This document shows positions 26,340 through 39,107 of a stretch of DNA of 64,000 nt, piece by piece (the first letter of the stretch is position 1; each line of letters opens with the position of its first letter). A program made the translations under genes and the position numbers. The DNA comes from Lingula anatina (taxonomy: Eukaryota > Animalia > Brachiopoda), in the NCBI GenBank assembly GCA_051362555.1, contig CM120642.1, positions 15,810,001 through 15,874,000 on the forward strand, read 5' to 3'. The notes under the pieces were generated by a model that was given only the letters and a program-made list of their open reading frames with translations, searched no databases and was not told the origin of the DNA.

Positions 26340-26660
26340 TGAGATCTATATTTCTCAATAAAAAACATTGCGAATAACTCATAAAAATATAATATATTCT
26401 GTTTTACCACAAAAGCGGCAGTTATACCTATTATTCTGATATCTGAGCTCGTCTTTAGACCACGTGACCTCCATTGATGGCTATACTCTGTTAAAATCTC
26501 TTAAGAGATTTTAACAAAAAACCAAACTTTTTAGAAAAAAATCAGGGACTAACTTTGAATGTAAAAATGTATTCATTAACCATTGGTAAGTATGGGAAAA
26601 TTGTTGTTTACTCCAGGAAAATTCATTTTTTGGCCGAAACGAAGAGTTACTATCCCTTTA
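26340..26660. mobile_element. Dispersed repeat copy A (putative Kolobok-like non-autonomous element)
   Basis: Homologous to ~50015-50236 (gtgacctccattgatggc...aatctcttaagaga...tttagaaaaaaa..cagggactaactttgaatgt). It ends in TATCCCTTTA, the reverse complement of the TAAAGGGATA start of copy B. Boundaries are approximate. Confidence 0.6.
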
Positions 26661-28318
26661 GGTTTTATCAATACACTTCTTACTGAAGAATTATTTGTAT
26701 CACATGGTAACAATGAAGATAATACATTTTTATATCAATTTTATTTATTTTTTTAATCAAATTCAAAGAATCTATATAAAATCAACAAAGCATGAACTTG
26801 GTAATGTAATAAGTGTATAGTTATACAATTCATATGTTTGGACTCTTTGTAGTTTACTCTTTAGCCAATATAAACCAAAGTACAATCACAGTAATTTTCT
26901 CCAGTTGATTTGATCAGTGATCTAGGCCATTAATGACATAAAAAAGGCCACACCCTAAGGCATACCCAGCTTCTTAGCTTTGATTTTTCAGCAGTAAACT
27001 TTTCCCTGAAAAGATGGGATTAACAAAACAATAAAAATATACCACTGAAAATGTTGAACCATGCGTAAGAAAGAATGGCAGGATTATGTTCCATTTCCTT
27101 TTAAATATCACTTTGCTAGAAAAAAAAAAAAAACTTACAATCGATGTCAAAAGCAATACGAAAAACCCTAACCAGTAAAGGCATCATATTCATCAGGTAA
27201 CCATTTGTCGCTTTACATACCCAGCATTCTGGAGAACTAAGATAATGTAAACAGATGGAAAAAAATTAATGCAGAGATGTGTATTGTGAAAGATGATGTA
27301 CATTTACTAATGATAACAGGTCTTACCCAAAATTTATATTTGCACCAAAACCTCTTTAAGATCTGCAGCACCATATCCCTTTATCAACAGTAGGACCATG
27401 TATTAGTATGTATTAGTACAAACACATATACAACTTAATCAACCAGAAGGTCCAGAATCAAGAGTAACTAGTTTTACAATTATTATAAATTTAATATTTA
27501 TTAAATATTATATTTTTATATGTATATTAAAAATAACTTTCCTGGACATAATTTACAAAAATCAAAAAATAAATTAATAAATAGAAATAGATAAATAATT
27601 AATTAAATAACAATAAGCCTGTAGTGACTTTGTTCACTGGAAAACTTACTTGATCAAGGCTTCCTCCCCCTTTAAAAACTTTGAAGATATGGGATATTTT
27701 CATCAATAGATAGTAAACATATAAGCAAAAGTTTAATTGCATTACATTTGCATAAATAACATAATTTGTATTGCTGAAAAATGATCCACTTTGATCTTAT
27801 TTACTAAAGTGATAAACTTCACTCCATTCACAAATGTTCTTCATAAATGACGTTAAAATAGGATATCAAAATATTCACAAATTCCATTTGCCTGAATATG
27901 AAACATCTGTAGCATAGGCTGAACAAAACGTTTTAAGTTAAACTTAAAATTCCATTCAAAGAAAAAAAATTCAGACACTATTTCTTTAGACAATGCACAA
28001 AAAGCTCTTAGATAGGAAAAGTACAAGTACACACAAATATAATACATTAAAATCTGTTTTTCATCTTAGCGTAGTCATAAAGCAACATGCAGCCTAATAT
28101 ATGGCTGGTTTGTATATCACAGCAAACTTCTATTTCACTGGTAATTTTCCATGAGAAAAACATCCTCAAGTGGGCTAAAAGCAACCATTGTAATAATTAT
28201 GCTCAACAAGATGGAGAATGAAACTATTGTGGTCAGTGCTTCCCTTTGCATATACCTGTGCCAGTGAAACAAAAAACCTAACAGCTCGGTTTGTCAATAG
28301 TATTTTTGAATCAAATTA

Positions 28319-28319
28319 A

Positions 28320-28357
<38 letters not shown>
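28319..28357. repeat. (AAT)n microsatellite
   Basis: Seen directly. Confidence 0.95.
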
Positions 28358-28978
28358 GAGTTACAAGGCATATAAATTGCATATCAGCTGTCTTTACATT
28401 GCATTTTGCATCAACTTCAATCTGGGTGTCATCTAAATCAGATCCTGCTGTAATACAATTATAAAACTTTATTATGCCCTATTACACCAATAGTAATTAC
28501 TAACAGTAAATTTCTCCTTATTGTTTGATTGTGGCCTAGGTATACTTGAGATCACAGTGTAGGTTTGTTTATTATAAACACGGCACACAGAAACACTTTA
28601 AAATAACAGTGTACAAACTCTTCACAAGTGTGAAGAAATTGAAGGATGTTGCTCACCAAATACAAAAATATATTCACAATGAAACAATCAAATAACATGA
28701 AAATCAATTATCAATCACTGAAAAAAAGGACAGCTATCAACAGAATTCAAAAATGACAAAATCACAAAATTATTGCATTAACCATAGTTTTCTGAGTACA
28801 ACATTTAATTTAGAACATGCATTAAATTATTGCTTTCATAACTCTTCACAGTATATCTAAATGGATGCCCCCATCAGAAAAAATTCATTGTAAGTAAGTA
28901 ACGTTCCTTATTCACTTACAAGTTTTGATTTTAAAGAAAGAAAGGGTTATACTGCCTGTATAATACTGCCTGTTTTTG

Positions 28979-31900
28979 CTACATTCTTGTCTGAAATGCA
29001 AATACTTGGTTGCCAGCCTGATTCTTCTTTTTCATCAATTCTCCAAATATAATCTGAAATGCCACATGGAACTGGACCAGTGAGTATCCATGTGCACCAT
29101 TCTCTAGAAATGGAGGTATGATTTCAGACAACAGCACAACAGTAGGATAGAGGGCGCTGACTGTGGCAGGATCACAGTAGAGGAGTGCAAGAGTAAGCAC
29201 TGTCACCATGTCATCCGCACACATGCTGACATTACCTTCGTTCCTCCTTGCCCTGATTCGGGACACCTGTGAATTTATCAGGCGCAGGCAACATGTCAGC
29301 TGCTGCAGTTTTGCAAGCGGGGTTTTTTCATCCAGAACCTTCCCAATGCTTTCAATAACTGGCTGAAAGACCTGACAGAAAGTTTTGTCTGCTGGTGCCT
29401 CATCTTTGACCTGGCATCTTAATTTGACAGCACAGTCAAAATCACCGTCACGGTGTTGACTAATATCACAGCTAGATGATGTCTCTAAACCGAAACTATT
29501 CAGGGTACTTAAAATGGTATTTCTCCATGTTTCTTCATCGGATGTGACACTGCCACTGTCAACACTGTAAGTGTCAAGGTTTTCATCCTCTGGCTTTGAA
29601 TTTGATGGAGACAGCACAGCTTTCTGATGAGGATCATTAGAAAGAATGGCTGGAGATGATCTTCTGGTCATTGATGCTGGATCTCCTCCAAGATCCAAGG
29701 TAGCATGTCCAGCACACAGCTTGGGTTCTGAGTTGCGCAGCTGAACAGAGCCCCCCACATTCTCATCACTAACACCATTTTCTCCCAATTCTCCATGTAA
29801 ACGTTGGTCATCTTCTTCGGTACTACTGATCAACTTTATCATAATATCTTCCAGATCAAACCCTTGCTCTGGCAGTCTTACTGGTTGTCTGTCATCAAAC
29901 ACATACACCTGCCCTTTGCTTCGTCTCATTGTCTTTGTATGGCTGTCCCTTCTATATGGTATGACATGCTCTGGCTCAGCTGAGGGTGTGTCCTTTGTTG
30001 AATCTGAGGGGAACTTTTCAGAAACTGCTTGTTGGGATATTTCCTGTTCTTTCACAGAATGAACTTTGATGTTGACAGCAGTGTCTGTCTCCAGACCCGA
30101 GTCCTGCTGCTGGAGAGTAAAATGAGCCTGGTCAGTGTCTTTCATTTCCTGATCAGCATGGTCAGTCACTGGCTGGTCAGTTTCACTTTGGTCACAGTGG
30201 TCAGTTGTTGGCACATCCTGGTCAGTACCCTCAGTGTTGCCAATGGGTGCTTCAACCATATCAGGGCTGGCATTTTCTTCATCTTCTGTAAAAACAAAAG
30301 TAAGCTTTCTTTGGTTATTCTATATGCCTCCATGAATAACAGCACAATTAAAAGGACCCATTACCTCCTGAATATTAATTGATCTATCCCCCCCCCCACA
30401 GAGAAAACAAATTGAAGAGAAGAGCCATATCAAATTACCTGCTATTGATTGATTTAAATTCATATAAAATTCATTTTCAAATCCAGAATCCTAAAAATTT
30501 TGAAATTTTAAAAATCCTTTGAGGAGTTTAAAAAGTACATTCTAATTCTAAGTCATGAGTCATAAAAGTGCTTTCCAAAGTTAATTGCAGTTGCACATGT
30601 TATACGTATGTTTCGCAAACATTTGAAGGTTAACATGGTAATATATTTTACATTTTGGAATTCTAAAGCTTAATATCTAATGTAAGATTTCATAAGCCAA
30701 TGCTGCCCAACACTGTAACTCAATTGTTTGTTGGAATATCATTACCTAGATTAAGTACATTTTACCTGCCAAACAAGTAAATTAAAACCTAATAGTATAC
30801 ATGGCACACTTATAATATAGTTACAGAGCTGAGTCAAGTCACACTTCCACAAATTCAAGAGCTAGTGTTATGATGTGTAGTTTAAGTTTCCTTTCAAGAT
30901 CTCTAATTTCATGGGTCAATAAAAAATTACCTCCACCCTCTCTTACTTAGTGGTACTCAATGACAAAGAATGTCAGACTTTATTTCAGCATTGTTGGGGC
31001 TCAAACTGACACCAAACTTCAAGATCTAGTGAAAACAAGATAAGTAGTTATCACAGAGTCCCTTTTATTTCTGCCTCTTGAAAACAGTTTCCTGGTGTGG
31101 CGCATAGGAAGGAAATAACTACAGTCATATAATTTACTGTAATTTTTTTAAGGCTCAGGACAGAATATGCACTACCTAGTATTTTTTCAGTCTTAATGGT
31201 AGCATTTAATGTCAAAGCACATTAAAAATAGGCCACAAAACTCTTTCCCTTTATATATAAAAATCATTAGGCCAAATAAGGTATCTGCATCACTATTTAC
31301 CAGTGCTGTCTGGCATTTCATTATCTTATGCTTATCATCTATGGGAAAACTTTTTATCAAAATTCCCCTCATAATAAACATGTTCAACTTATTACAAAGA
31401 TTCATCAAAGCTGAAAAATGGAGAAGGGGTTAATTTCCTTTTTTTTTTGACTGATACTACTATGAAAGATGGCTACTTCCTGCAAGTCCTCATGCACACC
31501 CCCCACCCACCCACCCACCCACCCCCCCACCCACCCACCCACCGCATCCCTAATAAAATCCAAATGGTGGTCCTATGGGTTGGTTATCTACATTGGAGAT
31601 AATGATGTGAATGGTTTTGATATTTAAACCATCCTAGAGAGAACATATTTTGGTACAAAGTGATAAGATTTTATGCAGAACTGGTGGCTAACATTTTCGA
31701 ATGCTGGTGCTTAATTCCAAGATATATCAAAAATGGAATTTACTTCCTTCAATTTTGAAATGGAACTGAAAGTGAAACAATAACTTATTGAAACCTAAAG
31801 TATGCAGGGGTTACCATTATTTTCATTAATGGTGGATTTTGGAGATGAAAACAAAAAATATATGCAAAATAAATTAACTACATAAAATAACATGAAGTAG

Positions 31901-34900
31901 TGAACTACACAGAAACTGCAATACTTGTTTATGTCAAGTATGTAATAAACCGAACTTTTGCAAATAATCATGAATCAAAGTACTGTAGGTGGGGGCAAAC
32001 TTCCACTGTGAGCAGAGTTAAGCCAAGATGTGATAATCCCATTAAACAACCCTATCAGACAAAACCTGTATGTACACAGCATGATATATCAGCTCTGTAT
32101 TCATCAGACAAAATGCTGATAAAGTTTCATTAAGTCATGCATGTTACATAACATCAAGGAACAAGGAAATAAAAGAGACAGATAACTACTTTGTTTAATT
32201 TGAGAGGTATGTTGCCTGGAAGAGGCATAAGTGGACCTTTTCTCAAGCTTCTCAACATCTTTTCTCCAAAATACTGTCATGTCATGATTTAATTATAACT
32301 AAGTGACACACTTTTTGCTAAACTGATATATGTTCAAATTTATCTGACCAGATATGTGCGTATAAATCTTTAAAATTTTAATCTAGCTGATTTGAATTTA
32401 AACAAGACTTCATGAGTACATAATTTAAAAATAGTTTCTTCTCACCCCAGAGACACCAACTTTTAAATCTCAAAATTAGAAAAAAATTTAAATAAAATTA
32501 ATCAGAGCTATCTGAGAAGGATCCTTCCCATTTCTTAACATTTTTTCATGTCTTACGTATCTGTTAAAAATATAAGACTAATTAATGATGTGTACAAAAT
32601 GTTTTTAATCTCTGGAAGAGATGTTGCAGATCACTTGTACATACATGTGCACTTGAGTTGTTCTCTTCGACTCCATTCCCATACCAAGATTGATCTATCA
32701 GGATTGGCCCATCTCTGAGGGGTTTCTTGCTAAATTGCATTCAGCTTCAGCGGCTCTGATGTCTAGGACACCTACTGCAGCTGTTAGGGGTAATAAGCAA
32801 TACTTAAGCAGCTTCAGTAGATATCCCAGACACCTAAGCCACTTAAGTTAAATGCAATTTAATGAGAAACCCCTCAGAGATGGGTCGTTCCCGCTAGATC
32901 GATCCAGGTATGGGAAAGGGGTTTTTGATACAAACCTTCCTCCTCCAAGAATCCACTCTCCTTCCTATGTTGATTCTGCAGCAAATCTAGCAGCCAGGGT
33001 TCTTGGACCTCCAGTTCACCATATGTCAGGCTTCCTAGGTTAAGTTCTAGCATGGTGCAGGTGTCCCTGTAGCAGAACTGGTACAAGTCCACCAGTGTAG
33101 GGAGAACAAATTCATAGAAGTGGGTCTCATAGCACAGCCACAGCTTGTTGTAGATGCTCTCACTGCAGTATCCCAAGGCATCTTGCAAGTCTGGATAAAT
33201 ATAACATACCAAAAATATTATGAAGTAAGGAAAAGAGTCAACAGTGCTTGGTACGTCAAAGAGAACTGGTGGAACTCTCTGAAGAAAAGTGACTTAAGTA
33301 TCTCTATCTCATGAGTTCAAAAGCTGAAACAAAAGTGTTTAGAAAAACCAACCAACACACCATTTTCTCTAAATTTGTCGACCTTTCATATAAAATTATT
33401 TAACTTTAAAAAGAAGCTATGAAAAATTAGAAAAAAAAATGTACATAGATTTTACAAGAGGAAGATAATAGCAGCTTTTGAGAATCTAAAGTGTGAAATA
33501 TTAGAAAAAAGAAGTTGCCAAGCTTCTTGTTCTCTCTTAATGTCTGGCACATGACATGTGTATATGTGCATGTCTACGTGACAAACTAACGGGTCACAGC
33601 CATATTAGTCTAGGTTATCTTTGGGTTCAATAAAGCATATCACTCAATTAGATAAATAGGCCAAAGTCTTTAGATATAACAAGTATTTTCAACAATATAA
33701 GGATAAACAAGAAAAAACAAGGAAATAAATAAACTAAAACCTGCCCCAATGGTTTGTACAATTTACATTTTACACTGTCATTAAAAAGATGTCACAAAAA
33801 TGTATAAAAAAATGTTTATATTATAATTTAGAACTACATGACTACTTTATAAGTCCATGTTTCATAATATCATGAAGTGAAATTAATTTTACATCTAAAA
33901 ATCTCTTGATATATATGAATCTTTTACATAATCAAAGTGCACAATATTTACCCTCATATTTGCCATTTGATAATGTAAAATTATCATATAAAAACGTGTA
34001 ACTTTTGGATGAAGCTCACTTTTATCAGAGATAAAAGTGTTTCATCTCTGATAAAAATGAGCATCATCCACAAGTGTCACATCAGTCATTCCAAGGACAA
34101 AATGAACATTTATATTGGTACTTGTATTAGCTTTAAAAATTTCAAAGAAAAAATGCAAAACTTGGTAGTTACTTTTCCAGTCTTAAATGATTAAAAACTT
34201 GACATATCTTGACCTCCAAAACCACAGATTTCAAGCCATTAGCTACCAGGCAATTAAACCCCACACTACAGCTAGCATACATATTAAGAAACTATGACAT
34301 TTTTTACCTGCGGTCATCATTTCAAAATGCTGCTTTATGTTATCTCTGATGTGCTCAACTGCCTGCTTGGGTGTTTTTTGTTCACTCTCTGCACAGTCTA
34401 TGATCACATAACTCTCTGTGTTAGTTAGGGTGGCAAGTTGGTCCTCTATAGTCTCGCACAACGCAAATGAATTCCTCAGGGATGCTCGGTCAGTTGTGAT
34501 GGCCGGAGAATGCTGAAAGACTGACCATTCCTTATTTCTGAGCTCAACACATTGGCCGACTATACTGGAGCAGAATTCAGCGTGCCTTTGCCCTAATTTA
34601 TGGTTGGGGTTGTTGACCATGTTATCCACCTTCTCACTCAGGGTCATCCATTCACTGGGAATATGGGCATTTTGTAACACATCCGTGGCCCTACGAGTGC
34701 TCCCTCTTAACACTTCCAACCCTGTTGATTCTGCATTATTTTTTAAGTCTTCAATGGCCATTCTTATTGCCTCTTTAACACTGAGTGCTAGGACTTTTCT
34801 TTCCATTAGCTTTTCACACTTCTTCCTTTGGTCATTGGCCCGTCTGTCCAGCGCCAGGAAGATGTCACAAAGGGGGATGAGGGTTTTAGACTTAGCTTTA

Positions 34901-36077
34901 GACCCTTTGGAACGCCGACTGCGTAGCGATTCTATCCAGGATTTTTGCTTGGTCAGCTAGAATTTAAAATTGAAATTGATATCTTCTGCTTTTAAATGTT
35001 ATAGTATCTTATCACAAACCTCCCATCTTAATTCATTTAATGTATATTTTCAGTGCAGTTAAATAGTCATTCTATCAACAGTGAACTGTTATTATCATAT
35101 ACTTTTAAAGGTACTAGTATTTATCTCAGAATATAAATGAGGTCATTAAAAAAGGTTACCTGTTTTTCGCCTTGCCTTATGTTTTCCCTTGTCTTTAAAA
35201 GTGACTCTTTGATATTGTGTGCTTCATTTCTCTCACATCGCCGCCTTTCCAGTTCTTCTGGAGAGGCACTTCCAGATTTTGCCTCTTCAACCAGATTTTG
35301 TGTAAAATCCAAGTCAGTTTCAGCCTCTCTAATATCTCTGTCTAAATCACTGAGCAGCGTTTTCAAAACTACATCAGATGGTGTACCACTATTCCCCTCT
35401 TGCCATACTTGTAAGATCTGTGAACGTTGATTCTTTTTTGTTTTCCTTATTCTCGCAATATCTTCATTTCTAACATTTATTTTTTCATCCATCTTTGCAA
35501 TTTTTTCCTCCTGTTCTTTGTAGGCAACTTCCAACAAACCCAAATCATCTCTGGTGAGCTTGATAGCTGGGAATATATAGCAGTGTAAAAGTCTGAGCAG
35601 CATGCCATGAAACTGAGCGTCAGTGATGCTTTTTACTTTGTACTTCTCTAACATCTCCAGTGCATAGTCAAACAACTCATCCAGGTCAGAGTTAAAGTCA
35701 TAGCATTCTCCTTGACTAAACAGAGTCCTACTCAGACGTGTGGTAGTACTATTAGACTGTAGGCTATCTACCAACTCCTCCTTTACCCCATATGTCCCTA
35801 CACACCTTTTAGTGAAGGACTTTTGTTTTCTGTTAATGTTCCAAATGGGTTCAGTGCTCCACTGAATACAACGACGATTACAGTCAATAGTAACGGAATC
35901 CAGGATCAGTACTTTAAACCAAACAGCTGGCTCTATCATAACACTCTCAGTTTCATGGTCCAGGGAATCTAATGGAGAGGTGTTGCCTATCACTGGGATG
36001 CAGCCGTGGCGAAGGGTGACATCAGGTACTACGCGGGTATGCTCACCATCCTTTACATTCACCAAATACACATACAT
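28979..36077 (-). CDS. VPS9-domain (Rab5-family GEF-like) protein, ~1042 aa, 4 coding exons
   Basis: Exons 36077-35160, 34956-34308, 33190-32936 and 30285-28979 join in frame across GT-AG introns (phases 0, 1, 1). The C-terminus has VPS9 hallmarks: TPLAKLQQLTCCLRLI, MCADDMVTVLTLALL, GAHGYSLVQFHVAFQII. The N-terminal half is coiled-coil rich. It resembles VPS9D1/ALS2CL-type proteins, but orthology is not established. Confidence 0.82.
32669..32923. mobile_element. Palindromic (foldback) MITE, related to the 58097-58306 element
   Basis: Nested inverted arms: ccattcccatacc / ggtatgggaaagg and cccatctctgaggggtttct..gctaaattgcatt / aatgcaatttaatgagaaacccctcagagatggg. Confidence 0.8.
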
Positions 36078-36499
36078 GATTACTCTGGAAAAGAGGTAAG
36101 TGAAGGAATAAGGGACCTGATTAAATTAAGTCAAGTGCACATATTATATGTTCTTTTCAAATCATTTTCATGTATCTTTTTTATTCAATGGCCACTTCAT
36201 TAAATAGATGAAAAAATAAGTCAATAATATATCATTTAGACAATAAAGAAACAACGATTTTCGTTTGCACGTACAGATTATGAAGTCTCTTCTCCATGCA
36301 AAAAGAAGTAAGCTAACTACATGTATAGTAATCATAATACCTTCTATCTATCTATCTAAAGGCATATCTGTGAATATCTTGTGAAAAATCAATTTGTCGC
36401 CCTGGTAGAGAGTACCCTTTCGTTACCTGTCAATATTACTTTTCAAAAGTTTCACAAATGCAAAAGTTCAAAACTTACAAAGTAACTTTCGTACTGAAC

Positions 36500-37000
36500 T
36501 TTGCGGGGGCACCACAGACAAGTTTTAGATCTAAATGTTCTTGCATTACTTACGTTGTATGCCCAACTTCATTGGCGCAGTCTTATCAGTTAAGTTCCGT
36601 TGCTCTTACTCCGCCGTTTTCATCTCTCCTCTGTTTGTCTGAGTCACACCATCACTCATTATCAGTCATTCATCTACCTGACCCGACCTCTAAGAAACTT
36701 CCTGCATTGTCTGATCGCTTAAATCGTTGTAAAATATGCCTTCAAAACAAATTAATAAGGTAACTATGTCTACAGACTGTAGCTTTATCACACAATTTCA
36801 ATTGTTTCATGTCTTTCTCTTTGGTAGACAATTTAATTTTAATTTCAATTAAAATTTTATCATTATTTTGGTATAAGGGATACCGCAACGCATGCGCATT
36901 AGTTGTTACATTATTTCCGGTAATTTTCGTGGTTGCTGTTGAATGGTTGACAGTGGCCTGTGTTTTCATTTAATGAGATAACATCACACTTACCAACATT
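36500..37000. promoter_or_regulatory. Putative bidirectional promoter for the VPS9-domain gene (-) and DR1 (+)
   Basis: Lies between divergently oriented genes with locally retained CpG. Contains an NRF1-like CGCATGCGCA (36889-36898) and an ETS-like ATTTCCGGT (36913-36921). Candidate minus-strand 5'UTR donors at 36553 (GTAAGT) and 36677. Confidence 0.55.
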
Positions 37001-37704
37001 TAGTGGTGTTTGGATTGTTACTTTGATGTGTAAGTAGTGACCAAATGTCAATTTAATGCCGAAAAAAAAAAAACACGACAAGTTTGTTATGTTTGACAAG
37101 TGAACAATGGTTCCCAAACACCAGCATTTACAATGTACCATGTTGTTGATCTGTATATTTCCCCAACTGTAAACTATGATAACGCACGTGCTGCTTTGAC
37201 AATAAATACCCCACTGGAGCTTGAAGCCAGCAACAGTTTCGTTATTTTGTTCATGTCATGTACCTGTCTATGTTACATAGTGTTTTAAATCTACAGTTAT
37301 CACATTTTTACTTGTTTAACAACCTTGAATGTTAGACACTACACTAATTTTTAACTGTTACTCTGTACTTCAGATAAGTCTCTATTTCATTGAATTATTT
37401 ACTAGTAAATTGTCAAATTTTATAAGTCCTTGCTAAATTGACTGAGATGCTTGATTTTACATACGTTACCCCAAGGTTTTCAGTTCACTTATTCCATGCA
37501 CTTTAATTTATAAAAATAAACTATGTATTTTTGTATGCTTATTAGGTTTCCCATGCTGAAACACATACAAAGATGCAGACAACATGGTCAAACATTAAGG
37601 GTCGAGTGAACTGAAGTAATTTTGAGCATTCACATACCAAGGCATTTGTAGTACATTTGGACAGTTCTCAGGGGGTCACGTCTTCCTACAATCATTCAGC
37701 TATT

Positions 37705-39107
37705 ATGGCGGCAGAACACAGCAGGGATAAAGATGCTCGTGAGAAAGAAGATGATGAACTGAGCATTCCCCGAGCAGCACTCAATAAGATGATCAAGGAA
37801 TTAGTTCCCAATGTTCGTGTGTCAAATGATGCAAGAGAACTTGTTCTCAGCTGCTGCACAGAGTTTATACACTTAGTCTCATCTGAGGCAAATGACATTT
37901 GTAATAAGCAGCAGAAAAAGACTATTTCTCCAGAGCACGTGTTAGGGGGTAGGTTTTGTTGAAGAGCTTAAAGTGACAATTCTATAATCTCATGCTCATT
38001 TGATAAAATTTTGAATATAAGCATTGTTAATTATTTTTTAATTTTATTCCATTGTTGATGAAATGATTAACTACAGATTCATAACCTTAAGCACTATTGC
38101 ATTGGCATTTTTGTTTTTGTGATAATTGTGACTATAGACTGATTACTATATGTAAAAGAATAAAAAAAAACTGTTTAATCACTCCAACACCTAAAGTTAA
38201 AGACTTAATGTTTTTAGAAATGGGACTGTTTTCCTTTTAAAATTGTAAGAAAATGAAAGGGAAAAAATGTTTATTGTAACTGTAAAAAGTTATTTTCTTT
38301 TGTAGCACTGGAAAGTTTAGGTTTTGGGGCATACAAAGAAGAGGCATATGCAGTATTACAGGAAGCAAAAGCTGTTGCAGCCAAAAAACGAAGACAGAGC
38401 ACAAGATTAGAAAATTTAGGGATTCCTGAAGAAGAATTGCTTAGGCAGCAGCAAGAATTATTTGCCAAGGTATGAAGGATGTGGTGAAACATATGGTTCC
38501 TTTTCAGAGGGTGATGTATAAAACAAGCTTTGAAGAGGAGGGCATGTTGATGTTGAATTGTGCATATTCTGTTCACGACTCACTGGGGGTTCCCCCAAGA
38601 TTTGGGGTACATAGCATGCTCTGTGATTTGGTCACCAATTTAAAAGCAGTCCAACTACAAATATACTGTCATTCCTCAAAAATTTCACAAGCTGTCCAGC
38701 TGTCTTTGAACGTATAGGCCGTCTTTTGAGGCCAGTAGCCCCCCAAATGATAGCTGGACTGCTGTCTGGAAAAAACCTTGCCACTCATGTACTTGTAACT
38801 TGTAGTCATTTGATTGACATTGTGAATAATTAATTAGTGAGACAGGGAGAAAGAGAGGAGAGGAATTGGTATAGTACTAAGGTATAGTACTAAGTCTAGA
38901 AAACATATTACTGATATTTTAACTTTAAATTTGTGTTCCCAGGCACGTCAAGAACAGGCTCTCTTGGAGCAGCAGGAATGGTTGGCCATGCAACAGGCAG
39001 CACAAGCAGCAGCACAACAACAACAGCAACAACAGCAGCAGCAACAGCCACAACAATCTGTACCACAATTAAATGACAGTAATAATGACGAGGATGATTA
39101 CAGTTAG
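37705..39107 (+). CDS. DR1: Protein Dr1 / negative cofactor 2 beta (190 aa, 3 coding exons)
   Basis: Exons 37705-37948, 38306-38469 and 38943-39107. Histone fold DDELSIPRAALNKMIKELVPNVRVSNDARELVLSCCTEFIHLVSSEANDIC...KTISPEHV, then ALESLGFG, RLENLGIPEEELLRQQQELFAKARQEQA and a Q/A-rich tail with an 11-Gln run. Confidence 0.97.

Noticed and set aside
37657-37704. Upstream TTG start for DR1 given in the ORF track
   Set aside because: The ATG at 37705 in good context (attATGGCG) gives a normal-length Dr1; the extension is non-ATG and not Dr1-like.
39015-39047. Poly-Gln tract in DR1 as a novelty
   Set aside because: A Gln/Ala-rich C-terminal region is a known feature of Dr1 proteins.
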